Shown: one piece after another, positions 39,775 to 48,831 of the stretch
How the letters are laid out: every line of letters begins with the position of its first letter
Numbering within the stretch: the first letter of the stretch is position 1
Assembly (NCBI GenBank): GCA_047602425.1
Contig: JASGHG010000001.1
Location: 3,744,001-3,808,000 of the forward strand
Reading direction: 5' to 3'
DNA length: 64,000 nt
From: Nibricoccus sp.
Lineage (GTDB): Bacteria; Verrucomicrobiota; Verrucomicrobiia; Opitutales; Opitutaceae
Translations under genes and position numbers: made by a program
Notes under the pieces: model-generated
The model's database searches: none
Seen by the model: only the letters and a program-made list of their open reading frames with translations
What the model was told of the DNA's origin: nothing

Positions 39775-42276
39775 TTATTTCCAAATCGCGACGAGGTCTT
39801 CGCTGCGGATCCAGCCGGTCTGGCCGTTGGGAAAGCTGAGGTGCGCCCAGGTTTTGCCGATAAAGTTGTTATCGACAACAGCCACGGTGCCGCCGGAGAG
39901 CGGGGTCGTTTTTTGCGAGGTTTCGACCTCCGTAGGGATCGACCGGAGGGTGGTGGTGCGCCAGACGACGACGGCGCGGGCGTCGTTGAGCGGTGAATAC
40001 ACACGCAGGCTGAAGCCAGCGGCACCGCCGAGGAAGCTGGAAAACACGAAGAGCGCGATTGCGGTAATTTTCAGCCAGCGGGCGGACTTGCCGTAGGCGC
40101 GCAACAAGAGCAAGGCAAAGGCGAGGGCGGCCAGGATTGAAGCGAGAATGGCGGCATATTGCCACTGCGTAGGCGAAAGCAGGCCGGCGATTTGATGCGG
40201 TGGATGTGCGGCGGAAAAACCCGAGAAAACCGACGGAGCGAAATTGGCGCGTTCGATGGCGAACGTGAGATTCCACCGGATCGCCGGATCGGTGGGATTT
40301 TGAGCGAAGGCGGCGGCGGCATGTGCGGCTGCTTCCGCCCAGCGATCCTGTTGGGCGATTGCGAGCGAGAGATTGTGATGCGCGGCGGGATTCGCCGGAG
40401 TTTTCACCAGCGCGGCGCGCCAGGATTGTTCGGCTGCAGCAAAATCGCCTTTATCGTATGCCGCTTTGGCATCGGCGGCGTGGAGAGAGGTGCCAGTCAG
40501 GGCGAAGCCGAGCGCGAGAAGGGCGGCGAAGGGAAGGAGATTTTTTAAGCGAAACAGTTGCCAGAAGGAAAAGCCGGGAACGTGGTGCGTCGCCAGGGCT
40601 TCACGCGCGCGGGTGCTCCAGTCCGCCGGGAGGGGAGTGGCATCGCGGTAGAGGGCGCGTTCGGTCTCGGCCCACAACGCTATCCACTTGGCTTCGCTTG
40701 TGGGAAAACTGTGGGCTGCGGGCACCGCGGCGGAGAATTGCCAGAGGAGAGCGATCTCTTTTTGCCAAGTGAGGATGAGTTTGGCGGTTTCTTCTGGGTT
40801 TTGAGAGGAACCCAATGCATCGATTGCGGCGAGCGCTCGCTGGCGGGCTTCGCGGCGTGTGCGCGCGGGATCGGTCACGCGCGCGCGGCGGAAGGCGAGC
40901 CAAAGCCATAAGGCGAGCAGCACGGCGACGGGCGCACAAAGGGCGGCGATGAAACGATTTTGCTCCAGTGGTTCTGCGGCTTCGCCAGCGTCGGGCAAGG
41001 GATCGCGCGGGATGCCCTTGGGCATGGCGGGTGGTTTTGGCTGGCTTTCCGTGGGGGCCGGCGACGCCGGAGTCGCAGCGCTGACGGTCGGCTGGGGAAC
41101 TTCCGCCGCGGGCGCGACGCTGACGGTGGTCGCGGGTGCGGTGACGGTTTGGTATTCGCCTTTTGCAGGATCGAAGTAGGACCAAGTCACAGGGCCGAGC
41201 GTGTAGCTGCCGGGCTTCGTTGGGATAAGAACCACGTCCTCAACCAGTGTGGCCTCGAAAAGGGCGCCTTCCTTGGGCGTGCGTTTGGCCTGCGGTTGCA
41301 CGGCGCGAAAATCTTTCGAAACACTCCGTGCGGGCAAGCCGGGGAAACTGGGCCAGTTGCCAGTGCCGGCGAGCGTGAGCGTCCAAGTGATCGGTTCGCC
41401 CACGCTGGTGGTGGCGGGCACAACGTTGGACTTGAGCGTGAACTGGCCAACGGCGCCATTGAACGAAACCGGTGCATTGGACGGCAACGGACGGACCGTG
41501 ACGACCGGCTTGTTACTGGTGATGGCGAATTGTTCGATATTGGGGCGGTTGAAGAAGCCGAGGCCCGCGGACCCTGTCGTAATATTGACGAGCTGGTTTC
41601 CCTCCGGCAGCGTCAACGGACCCGGTTTACCGATTGAAGCCCGGGTGTTTTGGTAGACGGTGATGAAGGGCTCGCCATTGATCTGGGATTCGCGGGCGGC
41701 GAGCTTGCTCCATTCCTCCGTGACAAGTGCGGATGGCTTCCAGTCGAGCAGGCTGCCGACCAATCCATCGAGGCTGTAGATGTTTCGCTTGCGGACATTG
41801 AGATTGTATTCGATGGGGAAAACCTCGCCGGCCCAGACGGTGGCCGGGATGTTGAAATTGGCGGTGGCGACTGATTCAAGCGAAACGCCACCGGCGGTCG
41901 CGGCACCAACGGAGTAATTTGCAGCGGGCACGTTGATGCGACCCTTGTCGGTATCGACTGAAAACTCCGGAATGACGATGTCGGCGCGTTTGGTGGGGCG
42001 TGCCGCGTAAGTGAGAGACTCGCTGCGGGAGACCGAACCATTGACAATCGATGTCTGGCTGGAATTTCCGGCAAATTGCAGGACGAGGCCATCGACGGAA
42101 GGCAGGGTGGGCTGCCCTTTGGGGGCGCAGCCTTCGAAAATAAGCAGGAGCTGGTTAGCCTGGCCGAAGGCGAGGGTGCCGCTTGACGGTTCCCACCGTC
42201 CGGATTGTGCATGAGCAAGGGTGGCCAGGCTGAAAGTGGCGAGAAGGGCGATGACGATTTTTTGGAGGCGGCGCAT
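39775..42276 (-). CDS. batD: BatD-family protein fused to a BatE-like TPR/SH3 module
   Basis: Signal peptide; SSQTSIVNG, FNGAVGQF, VGEPIT, YFDP..G.Y motifs; C-terminal AYDKGDF...HNL TPR and GQTGWI SH3-like end. Confidence 0.85.
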   Translation of the reverse strand: MRRLQKIVIALLATFSLATLAHAQSGRWEPSSGTLAFGQANQLLLIFEGCAPKGQPTLPSVDGLVLQFAGNSSQTSIVNGSVSRSESLTYAARPTKRADIVIPEFSVDTDKGRINVPAANYSVGAATAGGVSLESVATANFNIPATVWAGEVFPIEYNLNVRKRNIYSLDGLVGSLLDWKPSALVTEEWSKLAARESQINGEPFITVYQNTRASIGKPGPLTLPEGNQLVNITTGSAGLGFFNRPNIEQFAITSNKPVVTVRPLPSNAPVSFNGAVGQFTLKSNVVPATTSVGEPITWTLTLAGTGNWPSFPGLPARSVSKDFRAVQPQAKRTPKEGALFEATLVEDVVLIPTKPGSYTLGPVTWSYFDPAKGEYQTVTAPATTVSVAPAAEVPQPTVSAATPASPAPTESQPKPPAMPKGIPRDPLPDAGEAAEPLEQNRFIAALCAPVAVLLALWLWLAFRRARVTDPARTRREARQRALAAIDALGSSQNPEETAKLILTWQKEIALLWQFSAAVPAAHSFPTSEAKWIALWAETERALYRDATPLPADWSTRAREALATHHVPGFSFWQLFRLKNLLPFAALLALGFALTGTSLHAADAKAAYDKGDFAAAEQSWRAALVKTPANPAAHHNLSLAIAQQDRWAEAAAHAAAAFAQNPTDPAIRWNLTFAIERANFAPSVFSGFSAAHPPHQIAGLLSPTQWQYAAILASILAALAFALLLLRAYGKSARWLKITAIALFVFSSFLGGAAGFSLRVYSPLNDARAVVVWRTTTLRSIPTEVETSQKTTPLSGGTVAVVDNNFIGKTWAHLSFPNGQTGWIRSEDLVAIWK

Positions 42277-42278
42277 GG

Positions 42279-44111
42279 TTACCAATCTTTGGCTGGTTTT
42301 TTAGGCGCGGTGACGGGGCCTTGCATGAGTTGATAAAGCTGGGCGGGGGAATCTTGATCCTTGAGCTGTTCGAGCTTCTGAAGAGGCGCGGCGAGGGCGG
42401 TATCCTGGACGGCCTGGCCTTCTTTCTTCTCTTGGGCGCCGCCGACTTTTTGTTGTTCGGTGGGATCGGCTGGAGGCTGAGGCTGATTGGATTTCTCGGC
42501 GGACTTTTCCTTCATGTCGCCGAATGCGGACTGCTTGGGCGGCGGTGGCTGGCCCTGTTGGGATTGTTTCTGCTGTTGTTTTTGTTGCTGGGAGTTTTGC
42601 GGCTCCTGTTTTTTTTGCTGCTGCTGTTGTTGGTCTTTTTTGTCCTGCTTTTGCTCCTGTTGTTGAGATTGCTGCTTCTCGTCCTGCTTGGGTGGCTCTT
42701 TTTTCTTCAACAGAGCTTCGAGTTCACTGCGAAGTTTTGGCCAGTCGGCGGCTTTGGTGTCGAGCGCCTCGCCAAGACCAACGCCGGCAAGGGCATCGTT
42801 GACAGGGCCGGGCGAAATATGTTTTTGGCCGGTCTGAAGATCCTTTCCGTAGGCGATGGTACTATTGGCTAGTTCGGCATAGTCGCGGGCCGTGAGATCC
42901 TTGCGTTGCGAAAGGCTGGCCACGAGTTTTGTGAGCGTGTCGGCTGGAGGCGGGCCTTTGGGCGGTTCTTTGTCCGCTGCGTGGACGGGGGAAAGGCTGA
43001 AAGGCTGAAGGACAGAAAGGCTGAGGAGGAGAAGAATGATGGCTAGGTTTGAAATTTGCGGTTTGGCGTTTGGGATTTCGGGCCGCTGGGCAATCCGGAC
43101 ATCACGGAGACGCGGACGAACCGGGAATTCCCACCAAAAACTCCAAAGGAGCAGCCAGATCGCGGGGGCGAGCACCCATTGAAAACGCTCGACGAGGCGG
43201 GCGCGGTTGCGTTCCGCAAAAGTACCTTTTTTGCCAGTGTCGATTGTTGTTTGGATGAGTTGGGCGAGATCGACCCAGGAACTGGCATCGGCATAACGGC
43301 CGTTGGTTTCGGTTGCGAGCTGTTGAAGCGTTGCGTTTTCCAGTTTCGAAAGAACGACGGCGCCGCGTTCGTCTTTCACAAACCCGCCGGATCCATCGGG
43401 AATCATGGCGCCGGCCGCGGTGCCGACACCCAAGCCGATGACGCGAATACCCTTTTCCTTGAGTTCGGCGACGTGCGATTTCCAATCGTCGTCGGTCGCT
43501 TCGCCGTCGCTCAGAACGATGAGGAACCGATCGGCGCTGCCGGAGGAGCCGAAAGCGGTAAGAGAAGTTTGGAGGAGGGCGGTGTAGTTGGAACCCCCTT
43601 GCGGCAGGTAGGCCGGGTTGAGGCCGGGCAGAAAGTCGCGGAGGATCTCGTAGTCGGCGCTGAGGGGGCTTTGCAGAAAAGCCGTACCAGAAAATACCAC
43701 CAAACCGACGCGTTCGCCGCGGAGTTGTTCGAGCAGGCTGGTGATGAGAAGCTTGGAGCGGTCGAGGCGGGACGGGCGCACGTCGTCGGCGCGCATGCTA
43801 CGCGAAAGATCGAGGGCAATGATGATCTCGCGAGATTCCTCATAAACGGCCTCTTCAAGTTTGCCCCATTGCGGACGAGCAAGGGCGACGACGGCGAGGC
43901 TGAGTCCCAACCAGAGGCGCCAGCGGAGGCGGCCGGTGATTTTACCGGTGGTGTCCGGTTTGAGCGAGAGCTCGGACGGGCCTGCCTCGGCGCGAAGGAT
44001 TTTTGGATGCGTGGCGCTGGCGATGGCGCGACGACGGCGGAGCTCTCCCATCGCGAAGGCGAGCGGTAGGAGCAGGAGCCAGAAGGCATGGGGCCAGTGG
44101 AAGGTCATCAA
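42279..44111 (-). CDS. batB: BatB-like VWA protein with Gln/Lys-rich C-terminal extension ending KDW
   Basis: ALARPQWG, DLSRSM (MIDAS), PSRL, GLVVFSG, SDGE, GVGT motifs; BatC-like Q-rich tail. Confidence 0.85.
   Translation of the reverse strand: MMTFHWPHAFWLLLLPLAFAMGELRRRRAIASATHPKILRAEAGPSELSLKPDTTGKITGRLRWRLWLGLSLAVVALARPQWGKLEEAVYEESREIIIALDLSRSMRADDVRPSRLDRSKLLITSLLEQLRGERVGLVVFSGTAFLQSPLSADYEILRDFLPGLNPAYLPQGGSNYTALLQTSLTAFGSSGSADRFLIVLSDGEATDDDWKSHVAELKEKGIRVIGLGVGTAAGAMIPDGSGGFVKDERGAVVLSKLENATLQQLATETNGRYADASSWVDLAQLIQTTIDTGKKGTFAERNRARLVERFQWVLAPAIWLLLWSFWWEFPVRPRLRDVRIAQRPEIPNAKPQISNLAIILLLLSLSVLQPFSLSPVHAADKEPPKGPPPADTLTKLVASLSQRKDLTARDYAELANSTIAYGKDLQTGQKHISPGPVNDALAGVGLGEALDTKAADWPKLRSELEALLKKKEPPKQDEKQQSQQQEQKQDKKDQQQQQQKKQEPQNSQQQKQQQKQSQQGQPPPPKQSAFGDMKEKSAEKSNQPQPPADPTEQQKVGGAQEKKEGQAVQDTALAAPLQKLEQLKDQDSPAQLYQLMQGPVTAPKKPAKDW
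42991..43080. repeat. 8-nt and 7-nt periodic arrays in frame inside batB
   Basis: GAAAGGCT-GAAAGGCT-GAAGGACA-GAAAGGCT and GGTTTGA-AATTTGC-GGTTTGG-CGTTTGG-GATTTCG. Confidence 0.65.
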
Positions 44112-45313
44112 CGAGAAAAGGCTGAAGGGCTGACAGGCTGAAGGGCTGAAGCGCCGGGAGATTTGAGATTTGAAGAATTTGAAATTTGAGAAGATGGCCG
44201 GTTTGAGTTAGTTCGGCGCAGGAGGGCCGCCAGTAAGAGCAAGGCCAGACTGGGAATTGCGCACCAAGGGAAGAGTTCGGTCGTGATCAGATAGGTCTTG
44301 GCCTTGAACTCGATTTTGCGCGACCGATTGATGGCGTCGAATGCGGACTTGATTGTGCGGTTATCGTCGGCGCGGAAAAAGCGTCCGCCGGTGGTATCGG
44401 CGATGTCGTGAAGTAGTCCTTCATCAAGATCGGAGAAAAAGCGATCGTAGCCGAGCTTGCGGCCATTGACGATGACGGGACGACGCGCCCAGCCGTCTTT
44501 ACCCGCGCCGATTGTATAAACAGGGATACCGCGAGATTTGGCAATTCCGGCTGCTTGATCTGGAGGCAAAGTGCTGAGCGTTCGTCTCTGGCCATCCTTT
44601 TCAATTATAGATTCGCGCCCATCTGTTAGAAGAATGACGAAGGCGCCTTTGCGTCGACCGCCCTCTTCGTGCGAAGCCTGTTCGAGGCGGGTGAGAGCCA
44701 CGCCGAGCCCGTCGCCAATCGCGGTGCCATCTTCAATGATGCCGGTTTGAATGCGTTCGGTTTGCCGGGAGAGCCAGTCGTGGTCAAAGGTAAGCGGCGC
44801 CATCGTGTAAGCGCGCCCGGAAAACACGACGAGGCCAATCCGATCGTTGGAGCGCTCTTCGATGAAGGCTTGAATAACTGGTTTTACCGCTTGCAGGCGG
44901 TTGATGGGTTGACCGTTTTTTTCGTAGTCCTCCGCCAGCATTGAGCTGGAAATGTCGATCGCGAGCATGAGGTCGTAGCCTTCGGAGCGGACCTCGCGTT
45001 TGTCATGCACTGTTTGAGGACGGGCGAGCGCGACGATGAGCAGGGTAATGCCGGCGGCGGCGAGGATTTCGGGCCAACGCGAAACGGTGGTGAAAGACTT
45101 GCGGTGCCACGAAGAAGCAAAAGGTACAACTAACACGGGTACGCGCCGCCGCCCACGCATCCAAATCACGATGGGGATGAGAAGCAGGGCGAAGAGCCAT
45201 TCCGGATTTGCGAGGCGCAAATCCAAAGTTCCAAGTGGCAAGTTCCAAGTGCCAAGAATCGAGCCGCCTAAAGGAGCGGTCAGATTTTGCAGCGCATGGA
45301 TCGGTGTACTCAT
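44108..45313 (-). CDS. batA: BatA-like VWA protein; start uncertain (ATG 45313 or TTG near 45220)
   Basis: ALARPQ, DISSSM, DRIGLVVFSG, PLTFDH, DGTAIGDG, LLTDG, VYTIG and TGGRFFRA motifs. Confidence 0.88.
   Translation of the reverse strand: MSTPIHALQNLTAPLGGSILGTWNLPLGTLDLRLANPEWLFALLLIPIVIWMRGRRRVPVLVVPFASSWHRKSFTTVSRWPEILAAAGITLLIVALARPQTVHDKREVRSEGYDLMLAIDISSSMLAEDYEKNGQPINRLQAVKPVIQAFIEERSNDRIGLVVFSGRAYTMAPLTFDHDWLSRQTERIQTGIIEDGTAIGDGLGVALTRLEQASHEEGGRRKGAFVILLTDGRESIIEKDGQRRTLSTLPPDQAAGIAKSRGIPVYTIGAGKDGWARRPVIVNGRKLGYDRFFSDLDEGLLHDIADTTGGRFFRADDNRTIKSAFDAINRSRKIEFKAKTYLITTELFPWCAIPSLALLLLAALLRRTNSNRPSSQISNSSNLKSPGASALQPVSPSAFSR
44118..44190. repeat. 8-nt and 7-nt periodic arrays forming the 3' end of batA
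   Basis: AAGGCTGA-AGGGCTGA-CAGGCTGA-AGGGCTGA and GATTTGA-GATTTGA..AATTTGA-AATTTGA. Confidence 0.75.
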
Positions 45314-45348
45314 CCTGATACTTGTTACTTGGACCTTAATACTTGTTT
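45222..45348. repeat. Inverted pair of 7-nt arrays at the DUF58/batA junction
   Basis: TCCAAAG-TTCCAAG-TGGCAAG-TTCCAAG-TGCCAAG ... CCTGATA-CTTGTTA-CTTGGAC-CTTAATA-CTTGTTT. Confidence 0.7.
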
Positions 45349-46247
45349 TAACGATGCATTCTCGCGTGGAAGAAGCGGACCAGCGCGTCGAGGCAGTTTT
45401 CCTCGGTCGTGATCGCGAGGCGGCTGAGCGGATCGGGGAAGAGCGCCTGCCAGGCTTGCTCGCGTTCGGCGCGCCATGCGGCGTGGGCCTGACGTTCGGC
45501 ACTGGAACCAGACAACGTCACCAAGCGGCCTTGGACCGGGTCGTATGCGGCAAAGGTTTCGCCCGAGGGCAGGTCTCGTTCCCACGGGTCGTCGACGCGG
45601 AAGCCCATGGTTTGGTAACGACGTTGCATGACCGACCAGCCTTCGGGAGCGGGCGCGGGTGGAAAATCGCCAAGCCAGATGAGTACGCTGTGCTTCGGCG
45701 CGGAACTGGCGACGAGGCGCCAGGGTATGCTTGTTTCCGGCGTCTGGTTGTTGTTGGCGAAATCCGGCGCGCCGCGTCCGATGAGCGTCGAGGCGGCGTG
45801 CATGATAGCGCCGCGTCCGCGGACGGGCTCGCGAAAGACGTAGCCGTCAGGTCGGGCATGAAGGTAGCCAACACGGTCGCGGTTGACGGCGCCGAGCATC
45901 ATAACGAGGCCGGCGAGTTCGAGGAGAGCCTCGCGTTTCGATTGGGCGCCCGAGCCGAATTGGAGGCTGGGGGTATCGTCGAGCACGATCATCAGCGTGA
46001 CCTCGCGTTCTTCGACGAATTTCTTGCGGTAGGGTTCGCCGAGGCGCGCAGTGACATTCCAATCGATGTCTCGGACATCGTCGCCAAAGGAATATTTCAC
46101 AACCTGGTCGAATTCCATGCCGCGCCCGCGAAAGGCCGAGCGATATTCGCCGCTGAGCACATTCTCCACGGCATGGCGCACGCGCCATTCCAACTGACGC
46201 AGAATGGCCAGCGAAGCAGTGGAGGTGTTTGTTGGTTCGGCAGGCAT
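45348..46247 (-). CDS. DUF58 protein
   Basis: SGEYRSAFRGRGMEF, GDDVRDIDWNVTAR, EEREV and NRDRVG motifs. Confidence 0.92.
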   Translation of the reverse strand: MPAEPTNTSTASLAILRQLEWRVRHAVENVLSGEYRSAFRGRGMEFDQVVKYSFGDDVRDIDWNVTARLGEPYRKKFVEEREVTLMIVLDDTPSLQFGSGAQSKREALLELAGLVMMLGAVNRDRVGYLHARPDGYVFREPVRGRGAIMHAASTLIGRGAPDFANNNQTPETSIPWRLVASSAPKHSVLIWLGDFPPAPAPEGWSVMQRRYQTMGFRVDDPWERDLPSGETFAAYDPVQGRLVTLSGSSAERQAHAAWRAEREQAWQALFPDPLSRLAITTEENCLDALVRFFHARMHR

Positions 46248-46261
46248 TGATTGGCTAAAAA

Positions 46262-46355
46262 TCTTTCTTCTTTATCTTAATCTTTCTCTTTCTCCCGGTT
46301 CGGATGTTTGCGGCGTCGCTGAGAGAAAGATAAAGAGAACGAGAAAGAATAAAGA
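46262..46355. repeat. Inverted pair of ~6-nt purine/pyrimidine arrays
   Basis: TCTTTCTTCTTTATCTTAATCTTTCTCTTTCTC vs reverse complement TCTTTATTCTTTCTCGTTCTCTTTATCTTTCTC. Confidence 0.7.
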
Positions 46356-46364
46356 CTGTTGAGG

Positions 46365-47339
46365 TCAGAGCTTCGGCACCGGGGTTTTTTCCAAGACCTG
46401 ACCGATGAGTTTGTCGGCGTTGATTTCCTCGGCCTCGGCTTCGTAGGTCAGGCCGATGCGATGACGGAGAACGTCGGGGGCGATATCCTGAATCAACGAA
46501 GGACTCACGAAGTCCTGCCCGCGCAACCAGGCGAGCGCACGGCCGGCTTGGAAAAGGGCGAGCGAGGCGCGGGGCGAAGCGCCAAAGTTAAGGTATTTCT
46601 TTCCCGGTTGGAGCTGGTTGCGTGGGTCGGTCGCCAGCGCGCGGGTGGCATGAACGAGCGCGAGAATGTAGCCTTGAAGGGCGGGCGCGACATGGACCTT
46701 GTCGACCTCGGTGCGGAGCGAAAGCAGTTCTTCGCCGGAGGAGACGGCTTCGAGCGCGGGTTGTTTTGTGACCTGGCCCCAGCGGGTCATCATCTCGGTT
46801 TCCTCGGCGAGGCTCGGGTAGTCGACGAGCAATTTGAAAAGAAAGCGATCGGTCTGCGCTTCAGGCAGCGGGTAGGTACCTTCCTGTTCGACGGGATTTT
46901 GCGTGGCCATCACGAAAAAGGGCTTTGGAAGTGGATGGGTTTGCCCGCCGATCGTGACTTGGCGCTCCTGCATGGCTTCGAGCAAAGCGCTTTGGACCTT
47001 GGCGGGGGCGCGATTGATTTCGTCGGCCAGCACGAGATTGGCGAAGACCGGGCCGCGGTGCGCGGTGAACTCGCCGGTTTTTGGCTGAAAGATCATGGTT
47101 CCGACGACGTCGCTTGGCAGCAGATCGGGCGTGAACTGTATCCGCTCAAATTGGACGCCGAGGGCGGTGCCGAGCGATTTGACGAGGAGGGTTTTGGCGA
47201 GACCGGGCATGCCTTCGAGAAGGACATGTCCGTTGGCCAGGAGGGCAACGAGCAGGCGTTCCACGACTGCATCCTGACCGATGACTGCTTTGCCGATTTC
47301 TTCGCGGAGTTTTTGTGACCAAACGGGGCCGGTGATCAT
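46365..47339 (-). CDS. moxR: MoxR-family AAA+ ATPase
   Basis: GHVLLEGMPGLAKT, RIQFTPDLLPSD, DEINRAPAKVQSALLEAMQE and ATQNPVEQEGTYPLPEAQ motifs. Confidence 0.95.
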   Translation of the reverse strand: MITGPVWSQKLREEIGKAVIGQDAVVERLLVALLANGHVLLEGMPGLAKTLLVKSLGTALGVQFERIQFTPDLLPSDVVGTMIFQPKTGEFTAHRGPVFANLVLADEINRAPAKVQSALLEAMQERQVTIGGQTHPLPKPFFVMATQNPVEQEGTYPLPEAQTDRFLFKLLVDYPSLAEETEMMTRWGQVTKQPALEAVSSGEELLSLRTEVDKVHVAPALQGYILALVHATRALATDPRNQLQPGKKYLNFGASPRASLALFQAGRALAWLRGQDFVSPSLIQDIAPDVLRHRIGLTYEAEAEEINADKLIGQVLEKTPVPKL

Positions 47340-47421
47340 GAGTGAATTATTGGACCTTGTTGAAGGTGGGTTTGACTCTGAAAGCACGAAAGAGTTTCGC
47401 TAATGTCTGAAAGGGCACCAG

Positions 47422-47817
47422 ATGAATCTGCCAACGCAAATCCAAAGAAGAGTCGACATGTTGGGCATCCTTCCGGCCGACGTGGAGGAAAAATTTGTGC
47501 GCGGATCGGGACCGGGTGGGCAAAAGATCAACAAAACCTCCTCTACGGTGTGGTTGAAGCACCGGCCGACGGGCATCGAGGTCCGCGTGCAACAAGAGCG
47601 TTCGCAGGCGGCGAACCGCGAGTTGGCCTGGACGGAACTCTGTGCGAAACTGGAAACCTCCCTGCGCCAAGCCGAAGCCGCGCGGCAACAGGCGCGCGAA
47701 AAGGAGCGGCGGCGCAAACGCCCCAAAAGCTACGCCCAAAAACAGCGAATGATCGCGTCGAAGCGGCATCGGAGCATGGCGAAAGGAATGCGCGGACGGG
47801 TCGCGGGCGAAGAGTAA
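47422..47817 (+). CDS. Stand-alone GGQ peptidyl-tRNA hydrolase (ArfB/C12orf65-like rescue factor)
   Basis: EEKFVRGSGPGGQKINKT...RSQAANR followed by a basic C-terminal tail. Confidence 0.88.
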   Translation: MNLPTQIQRRVDMLGILPADVEEKFVRGSGPGGQKINKTSSTVWLKHRPTGIEVRVQQERSQAANRELAWTELCAKLETSLRQAEAARQQAREKERRRKRPKSYAQKQRMIASKRHRSMAKGMRGRVAGEE

Positions 47818-47964
47818 CGCGTTGGCCGTCGATGCGATTTTGGCAGGGATTTTACCTCAGCGTTATCGCCTTGGCGTCGAACGTCTGTAATGAAAACTGA
47901 AATACGTTCGCAGCCGTCGCTTCGAGAGGAACAACGGCGCGGTGAGCGGTTCAAATATTTTTCC

Positions 47965-48396
47965 ATGCTTCCGAGTCCCCTGCGCATCTTCGTTTTTTCA
48001 TCCGTGCTTTTGCTCGCGGCGTGTTCGACCGCGCCGAAGAAAGGACAGCCATTGCCCACTCCGCACCCGTCGTCACAACCGGAAAAGAACGTGTTGTATT
48101 CGCCGGAAAAGACGCCGGCGTTGAAGGCGGGCGAATACGCGATCTGGGTCGAATCCGATCCCAAGGGCGGCATCGTGGTCATCGATGGCACGCCGGTCGG
48201 CCGCACGCCTCAGCAAATCGTGGTGAACGGGACCGCCCGTGGATTTTTCCACGACAATGTTTCGATCAAAGTTCGTTTTGTCGCGACCGACTCGGATCAC
48301 ACATCGCAGACCGTCGAGGAGGTTTTGACGCCGCTCGACAAGATTCCAGCCCGCGTGCGTTTCACCGCGCAAGGAGCGATGCGCGTGGCGCGGTGA
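47965..48396 (+). CDS. PEGA-domain lipoprotein
   Basis: LLAAC lipobox; VESDPKGG.V.IDG..VGRTP. Confidence 0.8.
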   Translation: MLPSPLRIFVFSSVLLLAACSTAPKKGQPLPTPHPSSQPEKNVLYSPEKTPALKAGEYAIWVESDPKGGIVVIDGTPVGRTPQQIVVNGTARGFFHDNVSIKVRFVATDSDHTSQTVEEVLTPLDKIPARVRFTAQGAMRVAR

Positions 48397-48476
48397 GGAT
48401 ATAGGGAGTAAGGTCGCTGGAGATGGTTTTACTGTGGAATTCAGGACCGCTGAACAAGCTTTCCGAGGGCGACCTA

Positions 48477-48815
48477 TTAAAACAGCGCGTCAAAAATGTA
48501 GGAGACATCGACTCCATTGAGCGCTGCTTCCACGGTCTTTTTGATTCCAAAAACTGCACCGAGTACAGTAAGCCCACCAAGAGCAAAAAGGAGAAGGGCG
48601 AGCCATCCTATATCTTCTCTTGAAGCGAACAAACCAGAGGTAACTAGGAGCACGCCACCAAATGCGACGAGCACGCGTTTCCACGGCTCCAATGTTTGTA
48701 CGCGCAAGTTTGCGCAATTTTCTTTTCGCAGCGAGGACTGGCCGCGATCAATCGCTTTCTGAGCCTCACGCAGGGCTTGCTGCTCGATGTACCTTTTGTG
48801 TGATTCGGTGCTCAC
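48477..48815 (-). CDS. Small hypothetical membrane protein
   Basis: Two hydrophobic helices; GTG start just downstream of the ArsR-methyltransferase gene. Confidence 0.6.
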   Translation of the reverse strand: MSTESHKRYIEQQALREAQKAIDRGQSSLRKENCANLRVQTLEPWKRVLVAFGGVLLVTSGLFASREDIGWLALLLFALGGLTVLGAVFGIKKTVEAALNGVDVSYIFDALF

Positions 48816-48831
48816 CGATTTTTTGAGTGTT

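Noticed and set aside
45036..47318. Long plus-strand ORFs opposite the bat/moxR genes
   Set aside because: GC-rich antisense shadows of well-supported minus-strand genes.
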